Below are positions 24,758 through 35,658 of a DNA stretch of 62,650 nucleotides, piece by piece (the stretch's first letter is position 1; every line of letters begins with the position of its first letter). The position numbers and the translations under genes were made by a program. The stretch comes from a virus. The stretch lies in IMG/VR virus record IMGVR_UViG_3300034418_004553. One strand, given 5' to 3'. The notes under the pieces were generated by a model. It was not told the DNA's origin and did no database searches. It saw nothing but the letters and a program-made list of their open reading frames with translations.

Positions 24758-25609
24758 ATGGCTAAAAAGAAAAAAGAAGTAGAGGTTGTAGAAGAACCTC
24801 TAGTGGTAGAAGAAGTAGTTGTTGCTGAAGCACCAGCTCCAAAACCACAACCTAAACCAACTCTAGTTGTAGAAGAGAAACCAAAAAATACTTGGGAGAT
24901 TAAAGATAGAGTTTATTATCTAACTGGTAATAAAAAACCTTTATCTAGATCAATTAGATCAACAGGTGTATACTGGTTTGACGAAGAAAAAGGATACGAA
25001 AGAGAACTTAAGTATTGTGAAAATCAAAGAACTTGCTTCGTAGATGAAATGAAAGGTGATCAAAGACTTTCACATATCATATTTAGAAACGGTGCTTTAT
25101 TTGTTCCTAAAAACAAAACAGTTCTACAAAAGATGTTATCATTGTACCATCCACATAATGGGTCAATGTTTTACGAATATAAGCCAGTTGAAATAGCTGC
25201 TAATGAATTAGATATTCTAGAGATGGAAATCGAAGCTCTAGACTTAGCTAGATCGCTAGACATTGAGTTCATAGAAGCTATTATGCGTGTAGAGATTGGA
25301 TCTAAGGTATCAGAGATGAGTTCTAAGGAGCTTAAACGAGATTCTTTACTATTTGCACGTAAGAATCCAACTTTGTTCTTAGAACTTGCGAAAGATGATA
25401 ACGTACAGTTGAGAAACTTTGGTATCAGAGCTGTTGAGATGGGTATCATTAAGCTATCTAATGATCAACGATACTTTATCTGGAGTTCTAACAATAGAAA
25501 ACTCATGACTGTTCCGTTTGACGAGCATCCTTATTCTGCTCTAGCACAATGGTTCAAGACTGATGAAGGTATGGAGGTTTACTCTAATATCGAAAAAAGA
25601 TTAAACTAA
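24758..25609 (+). CDS. Virion-module hypothetical protein
   Basis: 283 aa. Low-complexity E/V/P/K N-terminus. Bounded by terminators on both sides. Confidence 0.55.
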   Translation: MAKKKKEVEVVEEPLVVEEVVVAEAPAPKPQPKPTLVVEEKPKNTWEIKDRVYYLTGNKKPLSRSIRSTGVYWFDEEKGYERELKYCENQRTCFVDEMKGDQRLSHIIFRNGALFVPKNKTVLQKMLSLYHPHNGSMFYEYKPVEIAANELDILEMEIEALDLARSLDIEFIEAIMRVEIGSKVSEMSSKELKRDSLLFARKNPTLFLELAKDDNVQLRNFGIRAVEMGIIKLSNDQRYFIWSSNNRKLMTVPFDEHPYSALAQWFKTDEGMEVYSNIEKRLN

Positions 25610-25617
25610 TTAGTAAT

Positions 25618-25641
25618 GTGACTGCCCTTCGGGGCGGTCAC
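25618..25641 (+). terminator. Hairpin terminator
   Basis: 10-bp stem GTGACTGCCC / GGGCGGTCAC with TTCG loop. The U-tract is weak (TATACTTT). Confidence 0.6.
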
Positions 25642-25660
25642 TATACTTTAAAAACGAATT

Positions 25661-26410
25661 ATGGCAGTAAGTGTAGACACGGTATATCAAAGAGTATTAG
25701 CTCTTGCTAATAAAGAGCAGAGAGGTTATATTACACCACAAGAATATAACTTGCTTGCCAACCAGGCTCAAATGCAAATATTTGAGTCTTATTTTTATGC
25801 TAAGAATCAGAGAGAAAGAGCTGAGCCAGATAGGACAGCTGAGGTTGACGAGACTGATATTAGCGAACTAATAGATTTAAAGCTTAGACCTTTTCTAAGC
25901 GTAGAGACTGTAACAAGTGGAACTACATATCCAGCTACAATAACCGCTGACAGTGTTACATATAACATATATCAGACAGGTAATATTTTCTACAACGGTC
26001 AAGTATGCAGCAAGATATCGATTAACGAACTGAACCGCATGTCTCAATCAGTGAGACACTACAGCACTACACAAAATCAAAGCCCAGTTTATATCGACAG
26101 TTATAACTCAGGCCAAGACGTGCTTGTTTATGCTGGTCCGTCAGCTGATGGTACTTTTGCTAATAAAACATCTGGCGTAAACATAGAGTGTTTTAGAAAG
26201 CCAAAGATCGTTGAGTGGGCTTATGTAGTTGTAAACGAAAAAGCTTTATACAACTCAAACGTAGCTGTAGATTTTGAGCTACACGTATCTGAAGAAGATA
26301 CTCTAGTAAATATTATTCTTGGTCTAGCTGGTATTGTAATAAGCAAGCCTGGTCTACTTGACGTGGCTTCTCAGATAACAGCTAACGAGAACAACAATCA
26401 AAAACTGTAA
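25661..26410 (+). CDS. Virion structural protein (head-tail joining region)
   Basis: 249-aa ORF. Called on position only. Confidence 0.45.
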   Translation: MAVSVDTVYQRVLALANKEQRGYITPQEYNLLANQAQMQIFESYFYAKNQRERAEPDRTAEVDETDISELIDLKLRPFLSVETVTSGTTYPATITADSVTYNIYQTGNIFYNGQVCSKISINELNRMSQSVRHYSTTQNQSPVYIDSYNSGQDVLVYAGPSADGTFANKTSGVNIECFRKPKIVEWAYVVVNEKALYNSNVAVDFELHVSEEDTLVNIILGLAGIVISKPGLLDVASQITANENNNQKL

Positions 26411-26413
26411 TAG

Positions 26414-27349
26414 ATGGGTATAATTAAATCAGCTCCTCAAGCATATTACGATAATACAAACCCAGACTTTGGTAATTATCGATATGTTCCACTGAGTGAC
26501 ATTATCGCTTCGTTTAACGCGGCGTACGTAGGTAGAGGTAAGATATGTGAAGGCGTGTTAGGTATGGATGTAAACTTCCATGCTATACGCGCGTTACAAG
26601 AGTTAAGCTACGATACTCTAAAATGTACTAAAGACTTGGAGGTTGAAGTGCCTTCATCTTTGGTTTTAGTTATGCCTTTAGATTATGTTAATTATGTAAG
26701 CCTTCAGTGGGTTGATGATAGCGGTATATTCCGCCGATTATATCCTACTAATAAATCTGGTAATCCTTTTGACGTCAACGAAGCAGTTCAAGGCTATGGT
26801 GGTTTTACTACGACAGGAGCTAATGACGACCTAACGAGAACAGCGGCAGACAGCGACGGCAACTTTGGTTCTGAGAGTTTCGATAAGTTTAAAGCTCAAA
26901 CAGCTAATGATATTGGTAATCTAGATGCTGACGAAATCGATGATGTATATGGTGATTTAGTTGGTAGTAGATACGGTATTGAGCCTCAGTATGCTCAAGC
27001 AAACGGTACGTTCTTTGTAGATGAAACTCAAGGTAAGTTCCACTTCAGCTCGAGCATAGCGGGTAAAACAGTGGTACTCAAATACATTAGTGACGGTATC
27101 GTATCTACAAGCGCTGCTGGTATTGATCTTACGGCTTGTGAAGTACCGAAGCTTGCTGAAGAAGCTATTTACAAGCATATCCTTTACGGAGTGCTATCAG
27201 CGAGAAAAGATACACCAGGCGGTTTGCTTGGTCAACTCAAGCGAGAGAAGTTCGCTGAGACAAGAAAAGCCAAGCTTAGGCTTTCAAATATTAAGCTAGA
27301 AGAATTAACTCAAGTACTTAGAGGTAGCTCTAAAATAATCAAGCACTAA
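26414..27349 (+). CDS. Virion structural protein
   Basis: 311-aa ORF. Called on position only. Confidence 0.45.
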   Translation: MGIIKSAPQAYYDNTNPDFGNYRYVPLSDIIASFNAAYVGRGKICEGVLGMDVNFHAIRALQELSYDTLKCTKDLEVEVPSSLVLVMPLDYVNYVSLQWVDDSGIFRRLYPTNKSGNPFDVNEAVQGYGGFTTTGANDDLTRTAADSDGNFGSESFDKFKAQTANDIGNLDADEIDDVYGDLVGSRYGIEPQYAQANGTFFVDETQGKFHFSSSIAGKTVVLKYISDGIVSTSAAGIDLTACEVPKLAEEAIYKHILYGVLSARKDTPGGLLGQLKREKFAETRKAKLRLSNIKLEELTQVLRGSSKIIKH

Positions 27350-27352
27350 CAT

Positions 27353-30300
27353 ATGGCAGAGTTGAGAAAAGACTTCTCAAAAGCCCGCATGAACAAGGAC
27401 ATGGACGAACGTCTTGTCCCGCCGGGCGAGTATAGAGACGCAAACAATATACAGATATCTACGTCTGACGGTTCTGACATAGGAACTGTTCAGTCGTTGT
27501 TTAGTAATAAAAGCAGAGCTCTTGTTAACTATAGCAGCACTGGAGCTGCTCAAAACCTATACGGCGGATCAACTGTTAAACATACTATCGTTGGTTCTGT
27601 AGCAGATGCCAGCAAAGATAAGATTTACTATTTAGTTTCTGGTGGAGATCAATATGACTCTTCATCATATAATAGCACACGTAAAGATTACATAGTAGAA
27701 TATGACACTGTAAAAGAAACTAACAAATATGTGTTTGTAGATATATTCGGTGTAGATACAACTGTGTCCGGCACGCCAGGATCAAACACAACTTTCCATA
27801 TAGCATTAGGAGCTGGTAGCTCTATTTACAATATAGGTGTAAGAGTAGGTATGAATATAACTAGTACCGCTACTACGCCTAATACTATTTTAACTAGTGA
27901 TGTGATCGTGACAAATGTAGAGTACGACACAAGTGGTGGCACTAACAAGTGGAAGATTACTACCAACAAAGCTCACGGTCTATCTGACACGAACGCTTTA
28001 ACGTTTGAGTCAAAAAGAGTTTTAAACTTTTCTAAGTTTACGCTGATAACTGGTATTAATATTTTAGATGATTTTATATACTGGACAGATAATGAGCACG
28101 AGCCTAAGAAGATTAGCATCAGCAGAAGCATTGCTGGAACAGGTGGAACAGTAGAGTTAAATACAGAAGCGACTCAAACATTTAACGGAGACACTGACAA
28201 CTTCCACACTAGACTAGTAAAAACTAACAACGCTTACGCTAACGTAGAAAACATACTTTCTGTTGCGGTTAACAACGCGGGTGCGAGACCTGTATATGTA
28301 GACGAAAGTCACGTCACTGTTATTAGAAAATCACCAACTCAACCGTTAGAGCTAGACATGTTCAGAACTGGTGTTGAGCGTATAAAATCTAATGGCGATG
28401 TAAACCCGACAGAGGGCTTTGTGTCAAATGTATCATTAAGCTTTGGTAACGTAACGTCAGGTAATCAGAACTACACTAACGCAGCAAGCATTACATTTGA
28501 TGATCAGGTTGATTTTAGAGATGATGATATACTACTTATCACGCTACAAGACAACTTAGATCAAGACCTACCTGAAGAAGATTATTTTGATATTAGAGTT
28601 AGAGTTTTAAATTCACCTATAACTAATGCGAATAATATATCTTTCGGTCCTTTTATTGTAGAGTTTTTAGGTGCTAGTGTAGATGGTCAAGCTTATTTAA
28701 ACGGAACATCTACAGACACGTTAAGCGTTAAGCTCGATACTAAAGATGTTATATTTAAACACAAGTTCCCTAGATTTTCTTATAGATACAAGTATCAAGA
28801 TGGTGAGTACTCAACGTTCGCGCCGTTTAGTGAGGTAGCGTTTTTAACTGATGACTACGAGTATCAACCAAAGAAAGGTTATAACTTTGGCATGTCTAAT
28901 CAGCTTAGAGGTTTAAAGATATCTGGCTTCGTAGGTAATGAAGATATCATGCCTGAAGATGTGGTTGAGATCGATATACTGTACAAAGAAACAAACAACC
29001 CAACTGTATACTCTGTTAAAACTATTAAGCCTACAGACACAGAGTGGCCTTCAGCAAACGGTATTACAGATGGAGACAGAGGCGAGTTGTTAATAAACAC
29101 AGATCTTATACATGCTGTAGTTCCATCTAATCAGTTACTCAGACCCTACGATAACGTACCAAGGAAAGCGTTAGCGCAGGAAATTACAGCTAATAGATTA
29201 ATATATGGTAACTATGTTCAGAACTACACCGTAGACGGAAGCACGAGCTTAAACGTAGGTTGCGAAAGAACTACGTACGCGGATGGAGAGTTTAACTACG
29301 CCCCACCTTCGGTTAAGTCCATACGTAAATACCAAGTTGGTGTAGTATTTAGCGATGAGTACGGTAGAGAAACTCCAGTATTGAGCTCGAAGTCTTCTTC
29401 AATATCTATACCTATAAACTACTCTGATACTAGAAATAGAATATCTGTATCATTTGATCCTAAAAAAGCTAACGTACCTAGTTGGGCAAAATACTTCTCG
29501 TATTACATTAAAGAGCCGTCAGCGGAGTATTATACTATGGCTAATGACAGATGGTATAACGCTGATGACGGAAATATATGGTTATCGTTTCCTTCTGCTG
29601 ATAGAAATAAAATACAAGAAGACGACACTATTATACTAAAGAAAGCAGCAGGCCAAGATACTGCTGTAAAAATAGACAACAGATATAAAGTATTAGCTAT
29701 ATCAAACGAAGCTCCAGACTTCATAAAAAGAACTAGAAAAGTTCTAGGTTCAGTAACAGGTACTTTAGGTGTTATCGGTGAAGCGAGTGGTAACTTGTAT
29801 CCTCTACCTAACTCTAACAAGATACAGATTTCTGGTGGTAACTTTATTACAGCGTTCGGAGATAAGCTACACGTGTTAACTCCTGATGAACTATATTTAA
29901 AGGTTTCTTTTGGTAACAATCAGTCTGAAGAGTACGAAGTATCTAGATTAATAAAGGACGGCGCTGTAACTGAAAATAATCCAGAAGGTAGTGGCGATTT
30001 TATACTAACTACAACCAAAGTCTTCGGCCAAGATATGGCGTTTACGTCGCCAACAGAAAGTGCTGCAGACGCTGTTGACACGATACGTATAGAGTTAATA
30101 GAATACGAAGTTCAAAACAAGCCCGAGTTTGACGGTAGATTTTTTGTTAAGATTTATAAAGACTCTTTAGTACAGCAATATGTTTTAATAGATCAAAATC
30201 AAGATTTAGTACCTACTTTATCTTGGGAGTTAAGATATTTAAACAACAACGGGTACAACAACGTCGCGGCAGACGGGTCTCTTGTACCTCCAACAATTGA

Positions 30301-33300
30301 GGCTAGTTCGGGTGCATTTCCATACGGTATATCTTTTGCTGAAGATATTAATGGCAACGAGGCTTTAGGCTCTACTTTTGTTTTACCTAGTGACTCAGGC
30401 GACTCGCTACACCCAACTGAGTGGTCTTATCATACCCCAGCCTACGATTGGACTAGCGACTATGTATCTGCTGATGATATAGATGATAACCCTATACAAG
30501 CTATTAACAATCACTTAGGTACTATACTCGGTGGTGGTGGTGTTTCTGGTTTTTGGCAGTCTATAGATAATGCTAATTGCTTTTTTATTGATCAAGCTAC
30601 TGCATACTCTTGGGACGGTTACAACAGGCCTGGTCAAATGGGTATTGACGACGACTTCTATTCTATAGGTGGTTTAGCGAGTAACTATTCTGAAGGTGGT
30701 ATTACTTTCGGTGGAGTTGTAAATACAGTGGCTAACACTCCTGGTAGCTCCTCTTCTAATGCTGAGCATAGAGGCCAACCAAGTAGAGGTATATGGACAG
30801 ATGGTGTTTACTCTTATATTGATATATCGTGGGTTGGTGCTAATCCGGGGTATAACACGCCAGGTGCGGATAATCAAAACTTCAACCACCTGCTTCAAAA
30901 CGATCAACAAAGCCAAGACGCTTGGGAGTTTATACAAGAGCTGGTTACGCCTAACACTACATTTAGGTTCAGTAGAGATCCAGACGCACAAGAATACACT
31001 GTTCAAGGCACATACGGATATGGTGGTTCTTCCACTACAACTATAGATTATAGTAATCCTAATTTTTATGCTAATGGAACAACCAATTATACAGGTGTTT
31101 TTGGCATAAGAAACTTCAGAACACTCTCTACTCTTTACAGTAATAAAGATCAGTTTAGACGTGAAAATATGCGTCAGCGCTGGACAATAAAAGTTTTTCC
31201 AGCAATTGGCGACACGGCACGTGGATATAACCCTGTTAAAGGTACTAAGCCACCAACTTTAGGAGGTCCAATCAGTTCGGAAGATGGCTACAGACGAGCT
31301 TTACATCATGACTTTAGTGACTTTGATACAATACAAATACTAGAGCCTATCAGCAGTTTAACTGGCCAAGATGACACGTTTACTGAAAACCCAGCGGTTT
31401 GGGAGATAGAACCTAGAGAGTCTGTTGAACTCGATATTTACTACCAAGCTTCACCAAAGATACCAATTGTACTAGACAACTCAACTAACGAAGAGCTTCT
31501 GCCTATTGGATCTACATTTGTTTTACCAGCGCAAGAAGCTACTCAAACCATTGACACTATACCTGAAACAACACACACGATTACGGGTTGGGACGAGCAA
31601 ACTATTACGTTCACACCAGCGCTAACTCAAGGTTATCAGTTTATAGAAAACCAAGTTGTGAGGTTTAACAAGTATAATAACTACTCGCTAGACCTTAGGC
31701 TAGACATACAAGCCTCTTCTTCTGCTGGTGGTACGACGCTGAAATTAAGTGGTGGCCCGTCAGAGGAATTAGTATCTCTACAAACACCTTATCAAACACA
31801 TTACCTAGACTGGAGTAACTGCTGGTGCTTTGGTAATGGAGTTGAGTCGGACAGAGTCAGAGACATGTTCAATGATCCTCAAATGGATAACGGTGTTAAA
31901 GCATCAACTGTGTTAGCAGATCCATCTTTACTAGTAGAAGAGAGACGTAAGCACGGTTTAATTTGGTCTGGTATATACAATGGTAATAGCGGTATCAATG
32001 AGACTAATCAGTTTATTCAAGCTGAACCTATAACGAAAGATATCAATCCGGTATATGGTAGTATACAACGACTACTTAACAGAGAGACTAGATTAGTTAT
32101 GTTCTGTGAAGACAAGGTGCTTAGAGCGGTTACAAACAAAGATGCGTTATATAATGCTGATGGTAATCCTCAGCTTGTGTCTAGCAACGCTGTTGTTGGT
32201 GATGTAACTCCGTATGCTGGTAGATACGGTATCGGTAGAAACCCTGAATCACTAGCTGTTACTCCTAGCTCTTCGTACTTTACAGACGTTATTAGAGGTA
32301 AGGTCTTAGCTTTGTCAAACTCAGGTGACGGTGTAAGAGAGATATCGGCGGTAGGTATGAAAGATTATTTCGCTGATTACATGGCTGAATACGTGGGTAC
32401 AGCAAGAGGTAGTTACGACTCTCGAAAGAAAGAGTATAATATTACTATAAACAAAAAATACGAAAACTACCAAGCGCAACCTCACGAGCAGACTACAGTA
32501 TCTTACAGTGAGTACTCAAAAGGTTGGATAAGTTTTAAGTCGTATTATCCTGATACAGGTGTAAGCTTAAATAATAAATACTATACGTTTAAAAACGGTT
32601 TAATTTGGGAACATCACTACGAGCAAGACGCAGGTACATCAAATTCTCAAAATCAATTTTATGGTACTCAATACAAGTCTGACGTAACCGCTGTATTTAA
32701 TGAGATGTCTGAATCTGTTAAAGGTTTCTCAACTATTAAGTACGAAGGCTCAAAATCAGCCGTTCCAGTATTCCAGTCTCTTAATAACCAAAACTATTTT
32801 AACGGAGACTACAGCACTAACAACGGTTTAGTAGACACTGATAATGTAAATGACGGTGAGTACTACAATATATTCGGTAAAAACGAAAGCCCACTTGGTT
32901 GGTACGTTGATAATCTAGAAACAAATCTTCAAACATGCGGTGAGCTTTATTTCAAGAATAAGGAAGGTAAATATTATGCATATCCTACTGGAGAAACTAC
33001 AGCTTTAACCAACTTAGATACTAGAGAGTTTTCTGTTCAAGGTATTGGCCAAGCTAGTATCGTCCACGGCGATAACACCGTAGGTAACCAAGCTACACTA
33101 ACGTTTATCAATAACATAAGTTCGTCAGAATCAGGTATGGATGATACTGATGGAAGCCCACAAGCTGTAGGTATAACTCGATGGACAGTTTCAAGCGCTA
33201 CTTATTCAGCTACTGTTGGAACAGCTATTGGATCTAGTCAAAGTGTAGAGATGATAATTAGTCCTTTTTATGACGGTGTGTATACTGGTCACCCAGTCAC

Positions 33301-35206
33301 GGCTTCTAACTTTGAGCTTCAAGATGGCAACGAAAGTCCTACTGGTACATTCACTGTAGACTCTGACACTAAGATTAAAACTGGTAGCGCTCTCAATGTT
33401 AACTCAGCGGTATCTAGTGTTGTGTTCTCTGACACTAGCGTTGCTGGCGATCCTGCGAATACAGTCAAAGTAACAGTCAACTTGAGGTCAGACTTTAATC
33501 CGTCTGGCGATAGCACTACTATATTAGATATTGATGAAACAGAAGCTAAGAGCAGTAGAGACAGATCATCATGTTTGTTAGTTCAGTACGACAACCTTGA
33601 TAATGCAACTGAGACTATTAACGCAGTAACAGGTATATCTACGTCTAACGTGGTTAACACTAGCCACGTTGTTACTGAACACTCTGGTAACGTAGCAGAA
33701 GGTGAGACAAATATCATCGCTAGTTATACGTTTAGCGCTACTGGAACTAGCTATTACCAAGGTGGAGATCTTGCTCCTGCCGTTATATTTGTAGATCTTG
33801 GTGAATACGAAGGCTACTATGAAGCTGAAGTTGAAGAAACACTTACAAGTGGTAACATAACACAGTTTACTGTTAAGATAAAATACACGCCACCAACATC
33901 TGGCTACCTAGTTCAAGATCCGGTAGACATGTGTGCATTGTCACATAAAGCTATAATTAAAGCTCTCATCGAAACACCAGCTGCAGCGGCTGACATACCT
34001 GGTATATCTAGCGTTGTTATGGATTCAGAAGCTATGGCTCTACCTAATATGAAATCAATATTAGTTAACGGATCAGCGGGCAGCAAGTATCAACTTTCGT
34101 TTGAAAAGAAAACTAGCTTAACTAGTGGTGTTACAGCTTCTAGTGCGGGTCACTACAACTTTGTAACAAACACTTTCGTAGATAATCCAGCCCCGATCAC
34201 TGGTACTATACCTAACTCAGGTTTTATACGTCACTATGTAGCGTTACCATCTGTAACAGCTGACACTAGATACGACGCTACTATAAGTGGAATAGTTGGT
34301 AGCGAAACATCTACTTTAGCTAGTAGAGTTCCTACTGCACCAGGTGATATGAGCATGACACAAAGAGGTGTTAGAACTATTACTATTACCCCAACAACTC
34401 AAACAGCATCTGATTTCGGTGTTATACCTACTGCGACTGTAACTAGACTAGCTAACACTAACAGCGATAGGCCACTACCAACTTCTCGTAGAGTAACTGC
34501 TATATGCGAAACAAGCGGATCTTCGACGAAGCTGACTATAAGCAAACAAAATGGTCGTATCAAAGAGGGTATGATAGTTATTGATGTATCAAGCAACACT
34601 TCAGTACCGCATGAGACCACTGTCTCAGAGATTAGAGATGGTTTTGTAATACTCAGCACTGCTTGTAACATAGCACAAAACACTAGTATTACATTTATAG
34701 AGAATAGAGGTAGCTTAGCTTCATTTAGCTTAAGAGTACCAGCTGGATCAGGTAAGACTCTTGCATTAAACTCTAGTGCTAAACCTAGAAGAACAGTAGG
34801 TGGTTTAGGAAGTTTGTCTTTTGTTCCTGATTTAGTTACTTCTTCTGCAAGTAGAATAAGACCTAGTACTACAGAATACACTACTGCTCAGCAATTTGAG
34901 ATTGTCAGCCAAATACCTGTTGGCGCCGCAGTAAGCGGTGATAAAGTCACAATTACGGGTATTGAAGTAACCGCGGTTGACACTAGTATCCCTGCTTTCG
35001 ATATAAGTCCAGCAGATCCAAACGTAGAGCAATCAAGAGTTGTAGAAATATCTGGTGATATAAACGAAGGAATATCTGTAGAGCAGGTTATAACATCTTT
35101 AGTCGGTGGCGACTTGATGGTGCAAGGATATTTAGATGTACCTCAAATAAATATTACTAGCACTGTACCTATTTTTATTGATAACCTAGTAAACGTAACT
35201 CCTTAA
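27353..35206 (+). CDS. Giant virion structural protein (2617 aa), putative tail/host-recognition protein
   Basis: Uninterrupted 7.85-kb ORF, T/S/N/G-rich beta-type composition. Position after the head-tail genes. Confidence 0.6.
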   Translation: MAELRKDFSKARMNKDMDERLVPPGEYRDANNIQISTSDGSDIGTVQSLFSNKSRALVNYSSTGAAQNLYGGSTVKHTIVGSVADASKDKIYYLVSGGDQYDSSSYNSTRKDYIVEYDTVKETNKYVFVDIFGVDTTVSGTPGSNTTFHIALGAGSSIYNIGVRVGMNITSTATTPNTILTSDVIVTNVEYDTSGGTNKWKITTNKAHGLSDTNALTFESKRVLNFSKFTLITGINILDDFIYWTDNEHEPKKISISRSIAGTGGTVELNTEATQTFNGDTDNFHTRLVKTNNAYANVENILSVAVNNAGARPVYVDESHVTVIRKSPTQPLELDMFRTGVERIKSNGDVNPTEGFVSNVSLSFGNVTSGNQNYTNAASITFDDQVDFRDDDILLITLQDNLDQDLPEEDYFDIRVRVLNSPITNANNISFGPFIVEFLGASVDGQAYLNGTSTDTLSVKLDTKDVIFKHKFPRFSYRYKYQDGEYSTFAPFSEVAFLTDDYEYQPKKGYNFGMSNQLRGLKISGFVGNEDIMPEDVVEIDILYKETNNPTVYSVKTIKPTDTEWPSANGITDGDRGELLINTDLIHAVVPSNQLLRPYDNVPRKALAQEITANRLIYGNYVQNYTVDGSTSLNVGCERTTYADGEFNYAPPSVKSIRKYQVGVVFSDEYGRETPVLSSKSSSISIPINYSDTRNRISVSFDPKKANVPSWAKYFSYYIKEPSAEYYTMANDRWYNADDGNIWLSFPSADRNKIQEDDTIILKKAAGQDTAVKIDNRYKVLAISNEAPDFIKRTRKVLGSVTGTLGVIGEASGNLYPLPNSNKIQISGGNFITAFGDKLHVLTPDELYLKVSFGNNQSEEYEVSRLIKDGAVTENNPEGSGDFILTTTKVFGQDMAFTSPTESAADAVDTIRIELIEYEVQNKPEFDGRFFVKIYKDSLVQQYVLIDQNQDLVPTLSWELRYLNNNGYNNVAADGSLVPPTIEASSGAFPYGISFAEDINGNEALGSTFVLPSDSGDSLHPTEWSYHTPAYDWTSDYVSADDIDDNPIQAINNHLGTILGGGGVSGFWQSIDNANCFFIDQATAYSWDGYNRPGQMGIDDDFYSIGGLASNYSEGGITFGGVVNTVANTPGSSSSNAEHRGQPSRGIWTDGVYSYIDISWVGANPGYNTPGADNQNFNHLLQNDQQSQDAWEFIQELVTPNTTFRFSRDPDAQEYTVQGTYGYGGSSTTTIDYSNPNFYANGTTNYTGVFGIRNFRTLSTLYSNKDQFRRENMRQRWTIKVFPAIGDTARGYNPVKGTKPPTLGGPISSEDGYRRALHHDFSDFDTIQILEPISSLTGQDDTFTENPAVWEIEPRESVELDIYYQASPKIPIVLDNSTNEELLPIGSTFVLPAQEATQTIDTIPETTHTITGWDEQTITFTPALTQGYQFIENQVVRFNKYNNYSLDLRLDIQASSSAGGTTLKLSGGPSEELVSLQTPYQTHYLDWSNCWCFGNGVESDRVRDMFNDPQMDNGVKASTVLADPSLLVEERRKHGLIWSGIYNGNSGINETNQFIQAEPITKDINPVYGSIQRLLNRETRLVMFCEDKVLRAVTNKDALYNADGNPQLVSSNAVVGDVTPYAGRYGIGRNPESLAVTPSSSYFTDVIRGKVLALSNSGDGVREISAVGMKDYFADYMAEYVGTARGSYDSRKKEYNITINKKYENYQAQPHEQTTVSYSEYSKGWISFKSYYPDTGVSLNNKYYTFKNGLIWEHHYEQDAGTSNSQNQFYGTQYKSDVTAVFNEMSESVKGFSTIKYEGSKSAVPVFQSLNNQNYFNGDYSTNNGLVDTDNVNDGEYYNIFGKNESPLGWYVDNLETNLQTCGELYFKNKEGKYYAYPTGETTALTNLDTREFSVQGIGQASIVHGDNTVGNQATLTFINNISSSESGMDDTDGSPQAVGITRWTVSSATYSATVGTAIGSSQSVEMIISPFYDGVYTGHPVTASNFELQDGNESPTGTFTVDSDTKIKTGSALNVNSAVSSVVFSDTSVAGDPANTVKVTVNLRSDFNPSGDSTTILDIDETEAKSSRDRSSCLLVQYDNLDNATETINAVTGISTSNVVNTSHVVTEHSGNVAEGETNIIASYTFSATGTSYYQGGDLAPAVIFVDLGEYEGYYEAEVEETLTSGNITQFTVKIKYTPPTSGYLVQDPVDMCALSHKAIIKALIETPAAAADIPGISSVVMDSEAMALPNMKSILVNGSAGSKYQLSFEKKTSLTSGVTASSAGHYNFVTNTFVDNPAPITGTIPNSGFIRHYVALPSVTADTRYDATISGIVGSETSTLASRVPTAPGDMSMTQRGVRTITITPTTQTASDFGVIPTATVTRLANTNSDRPLPTSRRVTAICETSGSSTKLTISKQNGRIKEGMIVIDVSSNTSVPHETTVSEIRDGFVILSTACNIAQNTSITFIENRGSLASFSLRVPAGSGKTLALNSSAKPRRTVGGLGSLSFVPDLVTSSASRIRPSTTEYTTAQQFEIVSQIPVGAAVSGDKVTITGIEVTAVDTSIPAFDISPADPNVEQSRVVEISGDINEGISVEQVITSLVGGDLMVQGYLDVPQINITSTVPIFIDNLVNVTP

Positions 35207-35207
35207 T

Positions 35208-35597
35208 ATGCCTTCAGCAACATTAACATTTTCTGCACCACTTAACGTTTCATGTCAAGTTGGTGACACCGTGTACTACGTCGACACAAATACGGTTGGT
35301 GGTTTTTCAGCTTCTACTAACGTTGGTGGTAGTGCTGAAAACACTATAGTAGAGATCGGTGAAATACGTGAAATACAAAACCCTACAAGTAGTGCGCCGG
35401 TTATTATAGCTGAAACTACTTTAGGTTATAACGAGCTTAATGGATTAAGTAAGTTTATATTCTTCTCTAAGAATAACAAAGTAAACTTAAACTCACCGCT
35501 TGGTTACTACGCTACAGCTAAGTTCATAAATGATAATCATTATAGAACAGCAGAGCTTTACGCAGTAACTACGGATGTGTTTGAGAGTAGTAAATAA
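35208..35597 (+). CDS. Hypothetical structural protein
   Basis: 129-aa ORF. Confidence 0.5.
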   Translation: MPSATLTFSAPLNVSCQVGDTVYYVDTNTVGGFSASTNVGGSAENTIVEIGEIREIQNPTSSAPVIIAETTLGYNELNGLSKFIFFSKNNKVNLNSPLGYYATAKFINDNHYRTAELYAVTTDVFESSK

Positions 35598-35603
35598 GAA
35601 GTA

Positions 35604-35633
35604 AAAAGTGTAACTATAGATGAGTACACTTTT
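35604..35633 (+). terminator. Hairpin (possible terminator)
   Basis: 9-bp stem AAAAGTGTA / TACACTTTT with a 12-nt loop. Confidence 0.4.
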
Positions 35634-35658
35634 ATATAATTAAAAAAAATATATACAA

